The notes under the pieces were generated by a model. That model was not told where the DNA came from. It ran no database searches and worked only from the letters and a program-made list of their open reading frames with translations. Below, one piece after another: positions 8,401 through 17,220 of a stretch of DNA of 64,000 nt. The stretch is from Candidatus Hydrogenedentota bacterium (lineage in GTDB: Bacteria > Hydrogenedentota > Hydrogenedentia > Hydrogenedentales > SLHB01). Within the stretch, counting starts at the first letter, position 1. Each line of letters opens with the position of its first letter. The DNA is taken from assembly GCA_045863295.1 (NCBI GenBank), contig BTWA01000011.1, forward strand, positions 1 through 64,000, given 5' to 3'. Made by a program: the position numbers and the translations under genes.

Positions 8401-9816
8401 ATGGTGCATCGCGAGGAACACGATTCCATCGGCACACGCAAACTGCCAATGGAAATGATGTATGGCATTCATACCGCGCGCGCAATCGAGAACTTTCCAT
8501 TGCTGCGTGCGCCGGTGAATCGCTCGCTCGTACGCGCTTATGGCGCGGTGAAACTCGCCTGCGCGCTCACCAATAGACGCATCGGCGTCTGGAACGCCGA
8601 TGAAGCCAAGGCCGATGCGATAGTCGCGGCATGTGGTGAAATGTCGGAAGGACTGCTCGACGCGCATATCGTTGTGGATGCGTTGCAGGGCGGCGCCGGC
8701 ACCAGCACAAACATGAATGTGAACGAAGTCCTGGCCAATCGCGCGCTCCAACGGCTTGGAGAAGCGCCAGGAAACTACAGCAGGGTTTCCCCGCTCGACG
8801 ATATCAACCGTCACCAATCCACGAACGACACATACCCAACCGCGCTGAAACTGGCCGCGATTCGGCTGATTCGCGATCTGGAAGCAAGCGTGCTCGCTCT
8901 TCAGGAATCGTTCCAAGCCAAGGAGAAGCAATTCGCGCACATCGTCAAGGTAGGCCGCACCGAATGCCAGGACGCCGTGCTCACCACCCTCGGCCGCGAG
9001 ATGGGTGCCTACGCCGAAGCCTTTAACCGCGACCGCTGGCGTATCTATAAATGTGAAGAACGCCTCCGCGTAGTAAACCTCGGCGGAACCGCCATCGGCA
9101 CTGGCCTCGGCGCGCCGCGCCGCTACATCTTCGAGGTAGTCGAAGTCCTGCGCGAATGCACCGGCATTGGCTTCGCCCGCGCAGAGAACATGGTCGAAGC
9201 GACTCAGAATGCCGATGTGTTCGTCGAGGTCTCCGGAATACTCAAGGCCTGCGCCGTATCGCTTCTGAAAGTCAGCGGCGACTTGCGCTTCCTCGCCTCC
9301 GGCCCGGAGGCGGGTATTGGGGAAATAGTGTTGCCCGCGCGGCAGGCCGGATCCTCCATCATGCCGGGCAAGGTCAATCCCGTGATTCCCGAGGCGGTCA
9401 CCCAAGCGGCGTTGCTCGTCATGGGCCACGACACCACCCTCGCCCACGCCTGCGCCATGGGCCACCTGGAACTCAATCCGTTCTTGCCGCTGGTCGCGCA
9501 CTGTCTCCTCGAAAGTTGCGACCTGCTGACAGCAGCCTGTGCTATCCTGCGCACACAGTGCGTGGAAGGCATGGAGGCCAACCTAGCCCGCTGCCGCGCC
9601 CACGTGGAGGGCTCGACGGCCATTGCCACGGCAATACTCCCGGCCCTCGGCTACGAGAAAGCGGCGGAGATAGCCAAGGAGGCGAAAGCTCAAGGCAAAT
9701 CGATACGCCAGGTGTTGCTGGACCAACGTCTGATGACCGAGGCGGGGTTTGACGCCCTCATCACACCCGAGGCGGTAATGCGGCTGGGCATGCCGAATGT
9801 TGGAAACCAGGAATGA
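8401..9816 (+). CDS. aspA: Aspartate ammonia-lyase
   Basis: YGIHTARAIENF, QGGAGTSTNMNVNEV, QSTNDTYPT, GSSIMPGKVNP fumarase/aspartase signature. Confidence 0.93.
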   Translation: MVHREEHDSIGTRKLPMEMMYGIHTARAIENFPLLRAPVNRSLVRAYGAVKLACALTNRRIGVWNADEAKADAIVAACGEMSEGLLDAHIVVDALQGGAGTSTNMNVNEVLANRALQRLGEAPGNYSRVSPLDDINRHQSTNDTYPTALKLAAIRLIRDLEASVLALQESFQAKEKQFAHIVKVGRTECQDAVLTTLGREMGAYAEAFNRDRWRIYKCEERLRVVNLGGTAIGTGLGAPRRYIFEVVEVLRECTGIGFARAENMVEATQNADVFVEVSGILKACAVSLLKVSGDLRFLASGPEAGIGEIVLPARQAGSSIMPGKVNPVIPEAVTQAALLVMGHDTTLAHACAMGHLELNPFLPLVAHCLLESCDLLTAACAILRTQCVEGMEANLARCRAHVEGSTAIATAILPALGYEKAAEIAKEAKAQGKSIRQVLLDQRLMTEAGFDALITPEAVMRLGMPNVGNQE

Positions 9817-9933
9817 TCGAACGCTCCGGAATCTCGACATTGCATACTTGCCAGAATCAGGACCGCACTTCTGGCTCTTTTGATCCTTGGTGTCACTTTG
9901 GCCCTCTGTGTCCTTACCCTCATGGTAATCGCC

Positions 9934-11244
9934 ATGCAACGCGCACCTAAATCATTCCGTTTGCACATCGGCCTCTTTGGCCGGCGCAACGTGGGCAAAT
10001 CGAGCCTGCTCAACGCCATCACGCGCCAGCAAGTCTCCATTGTCTCCGAATTCGCCGGCACCACCACGGATCCCGTAGAAAAGCCCATGGAATTGCTTCC
10101 CCTCGGACCGGTGCTTTTCATTGACACGGCCGGAATAGATGACACCGGGGCCCTTGGCGATCTGCGCATCCAACGCACCCGCGCTGTGTTCGACCGCACC
10201 GACCTCGGCGTACTCGTGGCCGAAGGCGACTCTTGGGGGGAGTTCGAAGCAGAAATTCTATCTGCACTGCGCGAACGCGATATCCCGGTAGTGGTCGTCT
10301 TCAACAAGGTCGACGTTGCGAAACCCATGCCGGGACTCCTGCAAACGCTTCACGACAAAGACATACCCGCAGTCGAAACCATCGCGTCCACCGGCGAGGG
10401 CATCCTCGATTTTCGCCAAGCCTTGCTCGACGCCGCGCCCGAGGATTTCGTCAATAACCCAAGCATCCTGGGCGATCTCGTGGGTCCCGGCGAATTGGCC
10501 GTGCTGGTAGTCCCCATTGACAAAGAAGCGCCCAAGGGCCGCCTCATCATGCCGCAGGTGCAATCCATCCGCGATCTCCTCGACAGCGACGCCTATTGCA
10601 TGGTCGTGAAAGAGCGCGAACTCCGCGCCGCCCTTGACCGGCTCAAGTCGCCGCCGAAACTCGTCGTCACCGATTCGCAGGCCTTCTTGAAAGTCGCCGC
10701 GGACACCCCGCGCGAAATCCCCATGACCAGTTTCTCCATCCTGTTCGCCCGATTTCACGGCGATCTGACTGCGCAGGTGCTAAACACGATGGCCGTGGAT
10801 AATCTGCGCGCGGGCGACAAAATCTTGGTGGCCGAAGCGTGCAGCCATCACCCTATCGGCGAAGACATCGGCCGTGTGAAAATCCCCCGATGGCTCACCC
10901 AGTATGTTGGCGGCCAACTGCATTTCGACACTGTGCAGGGCCACGATTTCCCGCCAAATCTCGCGGAATACAAACTCGTGATTCATTGCGGCGCATGCAC
11001 CATCAATCGCCGCGAAGTACTGAGCCGCCTCATGCGCTGCAAACAGGCCGGCGTGCCCATGACCAACTATGGCCTGACCATCGCATACAGCCTCGGCATT
11101 TTCGACCGCGCGCTCGGACCCTTCCCCGCAGCGTTGGAGGCATATCAGAAAGCGCGTGCGATGAAATCGGACACGCATGCCCCGTCTCCGGAATCGCTCT
11201 CGGCCGATTTCGTCTGCATCCACGAAAGCTCAAGCCAACCATGA
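9934..11244 (+). CDS. hydF: [FeFe]-hydrogenase maturation GTPase HydF
   Basis: GRRNVGKSS, DTAG, NKVD, EACSHH...HCGAC; start MQRAPKSFRLHIG at 9934. Confidence 0.96.
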   Translation: MQRAPKSFRLHIGLFGRRNVGKSSLLNAITRQQVSIVSEFAGTTTDPVEKPMELLPLGPVLFIDTAGIDDTGALGDLRIQRTRAVFDRTDLGVLVAEGDSWGEFEAEILSALRERDIPVVVVFNKVDVAKPMPGLLQTLHDKDIPAVETIASTGEGILDFRQALLDAAPEDFVNNPSILGDLVGPGELAVLVVPIDKEAPKGRLIMPQVQSIRDLLDSDAYCMVVKERELRAALDRLKSPPKLVVTDSQAFLKVAADTPREIPMTSFSILFARFHGDLTAQVLNTMAVDNLRAGDKILVAEACSHHPIGEDIGRVKIPRWLTQYVGGQLHFDTVQGHDFPPNLAEYKLVIHCGACTINRREVLSRLMRCKQAGVPMTNYGLTIAYSLGIFDRALGPFPAALEAYQKARAMKSDTHAPSPESLSADFVCIHESSSQP

Positions 11245-12290
11245 AATTCGACAGAACCACCATACTTGCCTGGCTAAAGGAAACCGACGAATGCCGCCTG
11301 CGGGAATTGTGGCGCCTCGCCGACACCACCCGCCGCGCTCACGTGGGTGACGCAGTCCACCTCCGCGGATTGATCGAGATTTCAAACTACTGCAGCCGCA
11401 AATGCGGTTATTGCGGCCTCCGCACCGGCCACGAAAGTCTCGTGCGTTACCGCATGACTCGCGATGAAATCCTCGCCTCCGTTCAGGACGCCATCGAGTT
11501 CCGGTACGGCACGGTCGTGCTCCAAGCCGGCGAGGATTACGGCATCGAACGCGAATGGCTCGCCGAAGTCGTCCGTACAATTAAACAAATCACCCCCCTG
11601 GCCGTCACCCTCAGCCTCGGAGAGCGCCCGATCGAGGACCTGGTGGCGTGGAAAGCGGCCGGCGCCGACCGGTACCTGCTTCGCTTCGAAACCTCCGATC
11701 CCGAATTGTACACGCTTATCCACCCAGCCCCCGCAGGACGCCCTCCAATCGACCGCATCGCGATGCTGCAGACGATCAAATCGCTGGGCTACGAAGCCGG
11801 AAGCGGCGTTATGATAGGAATTCCCGGCCAAACCTATGCCACCCTCGCCCACGATATCATGCTCTTCAAGAACCTCGATCTGGACATGGTCGGCGTAGGT
11901 CCGTATATTTCCCATCCAGACACCCCGTTGGGTAGCGGGGAATGGCGACGTGTCGTAGCGGAAGAGGAGCAGGTTCCGAACACGGAACTCATGACGTACA
12001 AGGTTGTGGCCCTGACGCGGCTGGTATGCCCGGAAGCCAACATTCCCAGCACCACCGCATTGGCCACAGTTAACCGCGCCGAAGGCAGGGAACTGGGGTT
12101 ACAGCGCGGCGCAAACGTCATCATGCCGAATCTGACGCCGCCAAAATACCGCGCGTTATACGAAATCTACCCCGCGAAGGCGTGCATTCACGAAACCTCC
12201 GGCCAATGTCGCTCGTGCCTGAGGACTCGTATCGAGTCCATCGGCCGTACCGTCGGCCAGGGACCAGGAGGCCGCCTGCACGATTGTTAA
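11241..12290 (+). CDS. hydE: [FeFe]-hydrogenase maturase HydE (radical SAM)
   Basis: RGLIEISNYCSRKCGYC, LLRFETSD, NIPSTTAL, GANVIMPNLTP, YEIYPAK; ATG 11241 overlaps the hydF stop. Confidence 0.95.
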   Translation: MKFDRTTILAWLKETDECRLRELWRLADTTRRAHVGDAVHLRGLIEISNYCSRKCGYCGLRTGHESLVRYRMTRDEILASVQDAIEFRYGTVVLQAGEDYGIEREWLAEVVRTIKQITPLAVTLSLGERPIEDLVAWKAAGADRYLLRFETSDPELYTLIHPAPAGRPPIDRIAMLQTIKSLGYEAGSGVMIGIPGQTYATLAHDIMLFKNLDLDMVGVGPYISHPDTPLGSGEWRRVVAEEEQVPNTELMTYKVVALTRLVCPEANIPSTTALATVNRAEGRELGLQRGANVIMPNLTPPKYRALYEIYPAKACIHETSGQCRSCLRTRIESIGRTVGQGPGGRLHDC

Positions 12291-12312
12291 TTGCAAATAG
12301 AAAGGTGAGTCC

Positions 12313-12966
12313 ATGCAAAAAGCCGGCCGGCCTGCATTGAATAAGGTCGTTCTCGAACGGTTAATGCACTATTACCACTTCATCAACAGCCGCGGAACGC
12401 AACGGCCCGACGGCATCATCTCCAGCGCCGAAATTGCAAACCACCTCGATTTGGACGATACCCTCGTCCGAAAAGACCTCGCCGCCGTGGGTGTGCGCGG
12501 GCGGCCCCGTGTCGGGTTCGACACCGCCACGGTGCAGAGAACAATTCGCGAGGTACTCGGCTTCAACGAGTCCTACAGCGCCATCATAGTCGGCGCTGGA
12601 CGCTTGGGCGGCGCACTCGCCGCCTACCAGGGCTTCGCGAAGTATGGCATGCGTCTCGTCGGACTATTCGATGCGGATGAATCCCGGGTCGGTAGCGTGC
12701 AAAGCGGACATACCGTGCTCTCCATCACCGATCTCGAAAGAGTTAGCCGGGAAAACGACGTCCATCTCGCCATCCTGACCGTTCCCGCCGAGGCAGCACA
12801 GCCGCTCGCTGAACGAATCATCGCCGCGGGCGCCAAAGCCATTTGGAATTTCGCGCCTGTAAACCTCGTTGTCCCCGAAAATGTCACCGTACGGCACGAA
12901 CACATTTCCGTGGGACTCGCCGAACTCGCCTACCACCTCAAACGGAGAACTGACGACAGACGATAA
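12313..12966 (+). CDS. rex: Redox-sensing (NADH/NAD+) transcriptional repressor Rex
   Basis: ISSAEIA..VRKDLA..GRPRVGF winged helix; VGAGRLGGAL Rossmann motif; AIWNFAP. Confidence 0.94.
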   Translation: MQKAGRPALNKVVLERLMHYYHFINSRGTQRPDGIISSAEIANHLDLDDTLVRKDLAAVGVRGRPRVGFDTATVQRTIREVLGFNESYSAIIVGAGRLGGALAAYQGFAKYGMRLVGLFDADESRVGSVQSGHTVLSITDLERVSRENDVHLAILTVPAEAAQPLAERIIAAGAKAIWNFAPVNLVVPENVTVRHEHISVGLAELAYHLKRRTDDRR

Positions 12967-13014
12967 CGGATTCCCCTGAGCCGCAAACCTGACATAGACA
13001 CGCACAACAAGACT

Positions 13015-13044
13015 TTGCCCGCACACGCACTGGTGAGTTACAAT
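13015..13044 (+). promoter_or_regulatory. Sigma70 promoter of tRNA-Arg
   Basis: TTGCCC-18 nt-TACAAT, ending about 23 nt before the tRNA. Confidence 0.5.
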
Positions 13045-13067
13045 CCAACCCGCTGTTCAGCCCCCAC

Positions 13068-13144
<77 letters not shown>

Positions 13145-13193
13145 TTAAGTACTCCCAAATTTGGGCAATTCCAGGCGATTCGGGTCCGTTGCG

Positions 13194-14780
13194 TCAGTCC
13201 TCAAACACGACCGCTTTTCTCCGTAGTACGGCAAGAGGTGGCGTCCTTTGCTTGACTACCACTTCGAATCGATAAGAGATTTCCGGAAAGCGCATCCATT
13301 CGTCAATGGTCCAGTCTGCAAGATACGTGATGTCAGAGGATGCTACGTATGCTGGAATTGATTGGGCAAGCCGAGCATTGAGCGCTTCCGGATTTACTTT
13401 GCCGTCCAAGTTGATTGTACGATCATGAAAGTAGCCAAGTGTGCCCGACTGTACCGCCCCAATCCATGCGTCTTCGCCGGCGTTTTCCTGAACCCACTTA
13501 ACTACTTGCCAATGCGCCTGGTTTGCACCATTGCTATAGATCCTGATGTTTTGAAGTGCCACCGCAACTACCACGCACGACATGACAATGCCGGCGGCCC
13601 AGCGCATCTTTGAAGCACTGAACTTGCCTAGCAGGTGAACCACGAATACGGCCCAAAGTATCGCCATAAACGGCGAAAGGGGAAACAGGTAACGCCCCAT
13701 GAAATGGCCCGCACCAAAGAACAGCCCATAAAACGTGCTCAGTAACACCCCATATAGAACAAACACGCCTATGAGCCGCCTTACCCCAGGTTCCGTCTGG
13801 GATGCAGCCGCGATAGCGAACGCGGTAAAAGCCGCAAGGGTCAAGAGGCATGCCACGCATACTAGAGGATTCGAATACAAGCGGTTGGGAATTGCCAAGG
13901 CTACGATCGCATACTCGGTAAGCGACGCAGGCCACTGTGAAAGATTGCAGCCGAAAGTCACGCCCGAAATCTCCGCTTGTCCGCTGATGGGTACTATGCT
14001 GCCAAAACGGACGAGGTTAAAAATCAGCCACGGCAACGATACTGCCACTGATGTCAACCCCATCACGCATGTTTGTCCGACTCTTGTTATCGTCTCAGTC
14101 CAATTGCGTCTGTAACCATAGAACGGATGAAGCACACAAAACGAGAGTATCAGTAAGCAGGCATCGTTACGGGCGAGAAACGCAAGTCCCAACACAAATC
14201 CAAAGTAAATGTAGGTTTGAAAGGGTGGCTCGGTACGAAGGATACGCCAGTACATGGCAAAGGCTGCTACGACAAACAAACTGTAGAGCCATGTCTCAAG
14301 GCAATTGCTTGTGTTTAGAACGGTCATGGGACTGGAAAACCAGACGCACGCCGCCAGCGAGGGGGCGTCTGAATAGTCACGCCGGCTTTCCATCAGGCCC
14401 GCTCCCAGCCGATAGATCATCCAGGCGGTGGTGGCGGTTCCTGTGAATTGCAGCAGCAAAACGAACAACACGCCAAGCGTCCGTTGCGACCCCACCAGGT
14501 AGAATACGAGCGAGTATAAGACCGTCGCGAATGGCTGCGTCCCATTGGTCGGTAACGTTCCAGCCGCTGTGCTAAAACCGTTGCCAAGCGCGATGTTCCG
14601 CGCAATCTGTAACATCAGATACCCATCTTCAGTCGGGAACTGCTTAAGAATCCGTCCATCAATGTCAAGCAGCGGTGCACAACGCGATAACAAGCCTATG
14701 GCAAGCAGCGCGATAAGACAGGGACGAAGCACCTTTGACGAATACGAGTTTACTTCTGCAATACACCCGCCGGAAGACAT
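13194..14780 (-). CDS. Polytopic membrane protein, GT-C-like (polyprenyl-phosphate-sugar dependent) glycosyltransferase
   Basis: EDGYLMLQIARNIALGNG...PTNGTQP, LET, LARND, GRYLFPL, GTLGYF...INLDGKVN; many hydrophobic helices; exact start uncertain. Confidence 0.65.
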   Translation of the reverse strand: MSSGGCIAEVNSYSSKVLRPCLIALLAIGLLSRCAPLLDIDGRILKQFPTEDGYLMLQIARNIALGNGFSTAAGTLPTNGTQPFATVLYSLVFYLVGSQRTLGVLFVLLLQFTGTATTAWMIYRLGAGLMESRRDYSDAPSLAACVWFSSPMTVLNTSNCLETWLYSLFVVAAFAMYWRILRTEPPFQTYIYFGFVLGLAFLARNDACLLILSFCVLHPFYGYRRNWTETITRVGQTCVMGLTSVAVSLPWLIFNLVRFGSIVPISGQAEISGVTFGCNLSQWPASLTEYAIVALAIPNRLYSNPLVCVACLLTLAAFTAFAIAAASQTEPGVRRLIGVFVLYGVLLSTFYGLFFGAGHFMGRYLFPLSPFMAILWAVFVVHLLGKFSASKMRWAAGIVMSCVVVAVALQNIRIYSNGANQAHWQVVKWVQENAGEDAWIGAVQSGTLGYFHDRTINLDGKVNPEALNARLAQSIPAYVASSDITYLADWTIDEWMRFPEISYRFEVVVKQRTPPLAVLRRKAVVFED

Positions 14781-15133
14781 ACAACCTCGGAACGGCGCAT
14801 TTGAAACGCAATGCTAGACTATCACTCTGGGCGGAGAAGTAAAAGGATGTCTTTTGTAGACCCGTGATTCGGCCTGGGTCCAATGTCGGCCCGAAGGTCA
14901 CTCAAAATCCCAACGGAAGGCTGGTCGCTAACCCCGCTTGGCGCGGACTCAGGTACGCACGATCCACATTTGAATTCCAAGTGAGCGTCCGATGCATGTG
15001 TCTCCAAAACGGAAACTCCATGCATACTGAATCCACGATCAAATTGTATCGTCAATACCCTTCATTTCGCAATGGGTCCCCTGTGAGGTGCCTTCGAAAT
15101 ATTTGATCCGCTTCCTCTAGACGGCCAACCTCA

Positions 15134-15664
15134 TCAAACCGCTGCATACCGGCGAAGCACTTCGTAAAACACGATCCCAAACGCCGTCGCTACATTGATT
15201 GTGTTCTTGTAGCCAAGCATCGGAATACGCACCACGGCATCGCACTGCGCAATCGTCTCGGGAAGTATCCCCGTGACCTCGTTTCCAAACACAATCGCCA
15301 CCGGCCTCGGCCAATCGAACTCGGTATGGCGAAACGCATCCGTGACCGTTTCCACCGCTACAATCGGAATGCCCTGATCGCGCAACGCGCCAATGGCATC
15401 TGCCGTCGCCGCATAATGCGTCCAAGGCACATACGCCGTCGAGCCCAGCGCCGTCTTCTGCAACTTCAGATTCGGCGGATACGCCGTCGTACCGCACAAA
15501 TGCAAATGCGCCGCAACGCCCGCGTCGGCCGTGCGGAAAATCGATCCCACATTAAACGCGCTGCGCAAATTATCCAGCACTACGTGCACCGGCTGCCGCT
15601 CCTTGGGCGGCAACGGAGCCGGCACTCCCCGCTCGTAATAAGGCTCCAACTCACTCACTGGCAC
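15134..15664 (-). CDS. SpoU/TrmH-family RNA 2'-O-methyltransferase
   Basis: VVLDNLRSAFNVGSIFRTAD, VFGNEVTG, IPMLGYKNTINVA SPOUT motifs. Confidence 0.92.
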   Translation of the reverse strand: MPVSELEPYYERGVPAPLPPKERQPVHVVLDNLRSAFNVGSIFRTADAGVAAHLHLCGTTAYPPNLKLQKTALGSTAYVPWTHYAATADAIGALRDQGIPIVAVETVTDAFRHTEFDWPRPVAIVFGNEVTGILPETIAQCDAVVRIPMLGYKNTINVATAFGIVFYEVLRRYAAV

Positions 15665-15780
15665 AAACTCTCAACGTCCGCACATCCCAGACAAAACAGA
15701 AGTATCTCCGCCCTTGGCAACGCCGTCGAAAATTCAATACAAAGTCCACATCTCAAGCAATGCAGCAAAATCTAAACACC

Positions 15781-16086
15781 CTAAAACAAATACGGCTTCG
15801 GCCGCTTCGGCGGCTCGCCATCCGGTTCCTCCTCCAGCGTCGGCATCTCCATGGATGGCTCTTCGCCCACCACCTTTTTCAGCAGTTCGCTGCCCTGTTC
15901 ATACTCCTCAACCGAAATACTCCCAATGATCTCCACCGTAAGCTTCGATTCCAGGCTTGTGAAACGCACCCCCGTGCCCTGCGGCAACAACTCAGGGCGT
16001 GCCATACTCTTCCACTTCCGTCCTGCCTTGCCGCCCGACCACATCGTGATCACATAAACCGTTTCCAACGAAGGATGAGAAGCCAT
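15781..16086 (-). CDS. Small hypothetical protein with acidic, Pro-rich tail
   Basis: ORF MASHPSLETVYVITMWSGG..., AAGGTGG RBS, host-like codon skew; no family recognised. Confidence 0.6.
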   Translation of the reverse strand: MASHPSLETVYVITMWSGGKAGRKWKSMARPELLPQGTGVRFTSLESKLTVEIIGSISVEEYEQGSELLKKVVGEEPSMEMPTLEEEPDGEPPKRPKPYLF

Positions 16087-16170
16087 AACAACCACCTTTC
16101 TGTACAAACTCACCCCAAGTATACCCGATCAGTCCGATCCGCATGCTTAGTGCCATCCACCCCCGTTTGC

Positions 16171-16191
16171 TCAATTCTCAATTCTCAATTC
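16171..16191 (+). repeat. Heptamer tandem repeat (TCAATTC)x3
   Basis: Three perfect copies immediately upstream of an extended -10 (TGCTATACT, 16194-16202). Confidence 0.85.
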
Positions 16192-16251
16192 CATGCTATA
16201 CTCCCCCCGCAAGGAATTCAGCGCAATCATCCACCGGGAGACCCCTGTCCA

Positions 16252-17076
16252 ATGAACTACGAAGAAATCCTGTTCGACGTGTCCGATCGCATCGCCACCA
16301 TCACCTTGAATCGTCCCGCAAAACTCAACGCTTGGACACTCCGCATGGAAGCCGAATACCGCCACGCCATGGCACAAGCCGAATCGCGTGACGACGTCCG
16401 CGTCATCATCGTCACAGGCGAAGGCAAGGGCTTCTGTGCTGGCGCGGACTTTGGACTCCTCACCGCCGTCATGAATCAAAACCTCGATATGAACCAGGAC
16501 GCCGTCCCACACACCGACCCCGGTACAACCAACCCACGCCCCGACTTCAAAAAGACCTATTCCTACCCCTGCGGCATCGGCAAACCCATCATCGCCGCCG
16601 TCAACGGTCCCGCCATGGGCATCGGACTCGTCCACACCCTCTATTGCGACATCCGCTTCGCATCCGACACCGCCCGATTCGGCACCGCCTTCGCCGCCCG
16701 AGGTCTCATCGCCGAACACGGCATCTCCTGGCTCCTCCCCAGACTCGTCGGCATGCAACACGCCTTCGACCTGCTCTACACCGCGCGCATTTTCGACGCC
16801 ACCGAAGCCCATCGTATCGGACTCGTGAAAGACGTATTCCCAGCCGACACCTTCATGCAACAAGTCCGCGACTACGCCACCCTCCTCGCCACCAAGTCCT
16901 CCCCCCGCTCCCTCGCCATCATCAAACGCGAACTATGGGACGCCCAATTCGCCGACCTCGGATCCTCCGTCGACATCGCCGTAAACGACATGTTCGAATC
17001 CTTCGGCTCCGACGACTTCCGCGAAGGCATCGCTTCCTTCATGGAAAAAAGAAACCCCGAATTCACAGGGAAGTAA
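16252..17076 (+). CDS. Enoyl-CoA hydratase/isomerase (crotonase) family protein
   Basis: IATITLNRPAKLNA, FCAGAD, KPIIAAVNGPAMGIG, DFREGIASFMEKRNPEFTGK; true start MNYEEILF at 16252. Confidence 0.93.
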   Translation: MNYEEILFDVSDRIATITLNRPAKLNAWTLRMEAEYRHAMAQAESRDDVRVIIVTGEGKGFCAGADFGLLTAVMNQNLDMNQDAVPHTDPGTTNPRPDFKKTYSYPCGIGKPIIAAVNGPAMGIGLVHTLYCDIRFASDTARFGTAFAARGLIAEHGISWLLPRLVGMQHAFDLLYTARIFDATEAHRIGLVKDVFPADTFMQQVRDYATLLATKSSPRSLAIIKRELWDAQFADLGSSVDIAVNDMFESFGSDDFREGIASFMEKRNPEFTGK

Positions 17077-17086
17077 AACGACTTGC

Positions 17087-17116
17087 TTGACATAGGATAC
17101 CCGTATTGTATTAACT
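17087..17116 (+). promoter_or_regulatory. Sigma70-like promoter at the left edge of the defence island
   Basis: TTGACA-18 nt-TTAACT in an AT-rich stretch directly after the crotonase stop. Confidence 0.5.
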
Positions 17117-17220
17117 GGATATTGCGTCGGGGACATCACTCAATTACTGACCGTTGAAAACTGGTTTTCACTGTGGAGATCAACGGTCTTGCACATTGAA
17201 TCGTTTCCGGGGGGAATGAA

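Noticed and set aside
10839..11240. N-terminal extensions in the ORF track for hydE (likewise crotonase from 15760, carA from 62000, lyase from 48793, lspA from 39965)
   Set aside because: Extensions overlap upstream genes or promoters; family-like sequence and RBS position favour the downstream starts used here
6592..12290. thiH and bioB calls for the two radical SAM genes
   Set aside because: The C-terminal Cx2Cx22C motif, HydE-type motifs and the hydF/hydA context identify HydG and HydE
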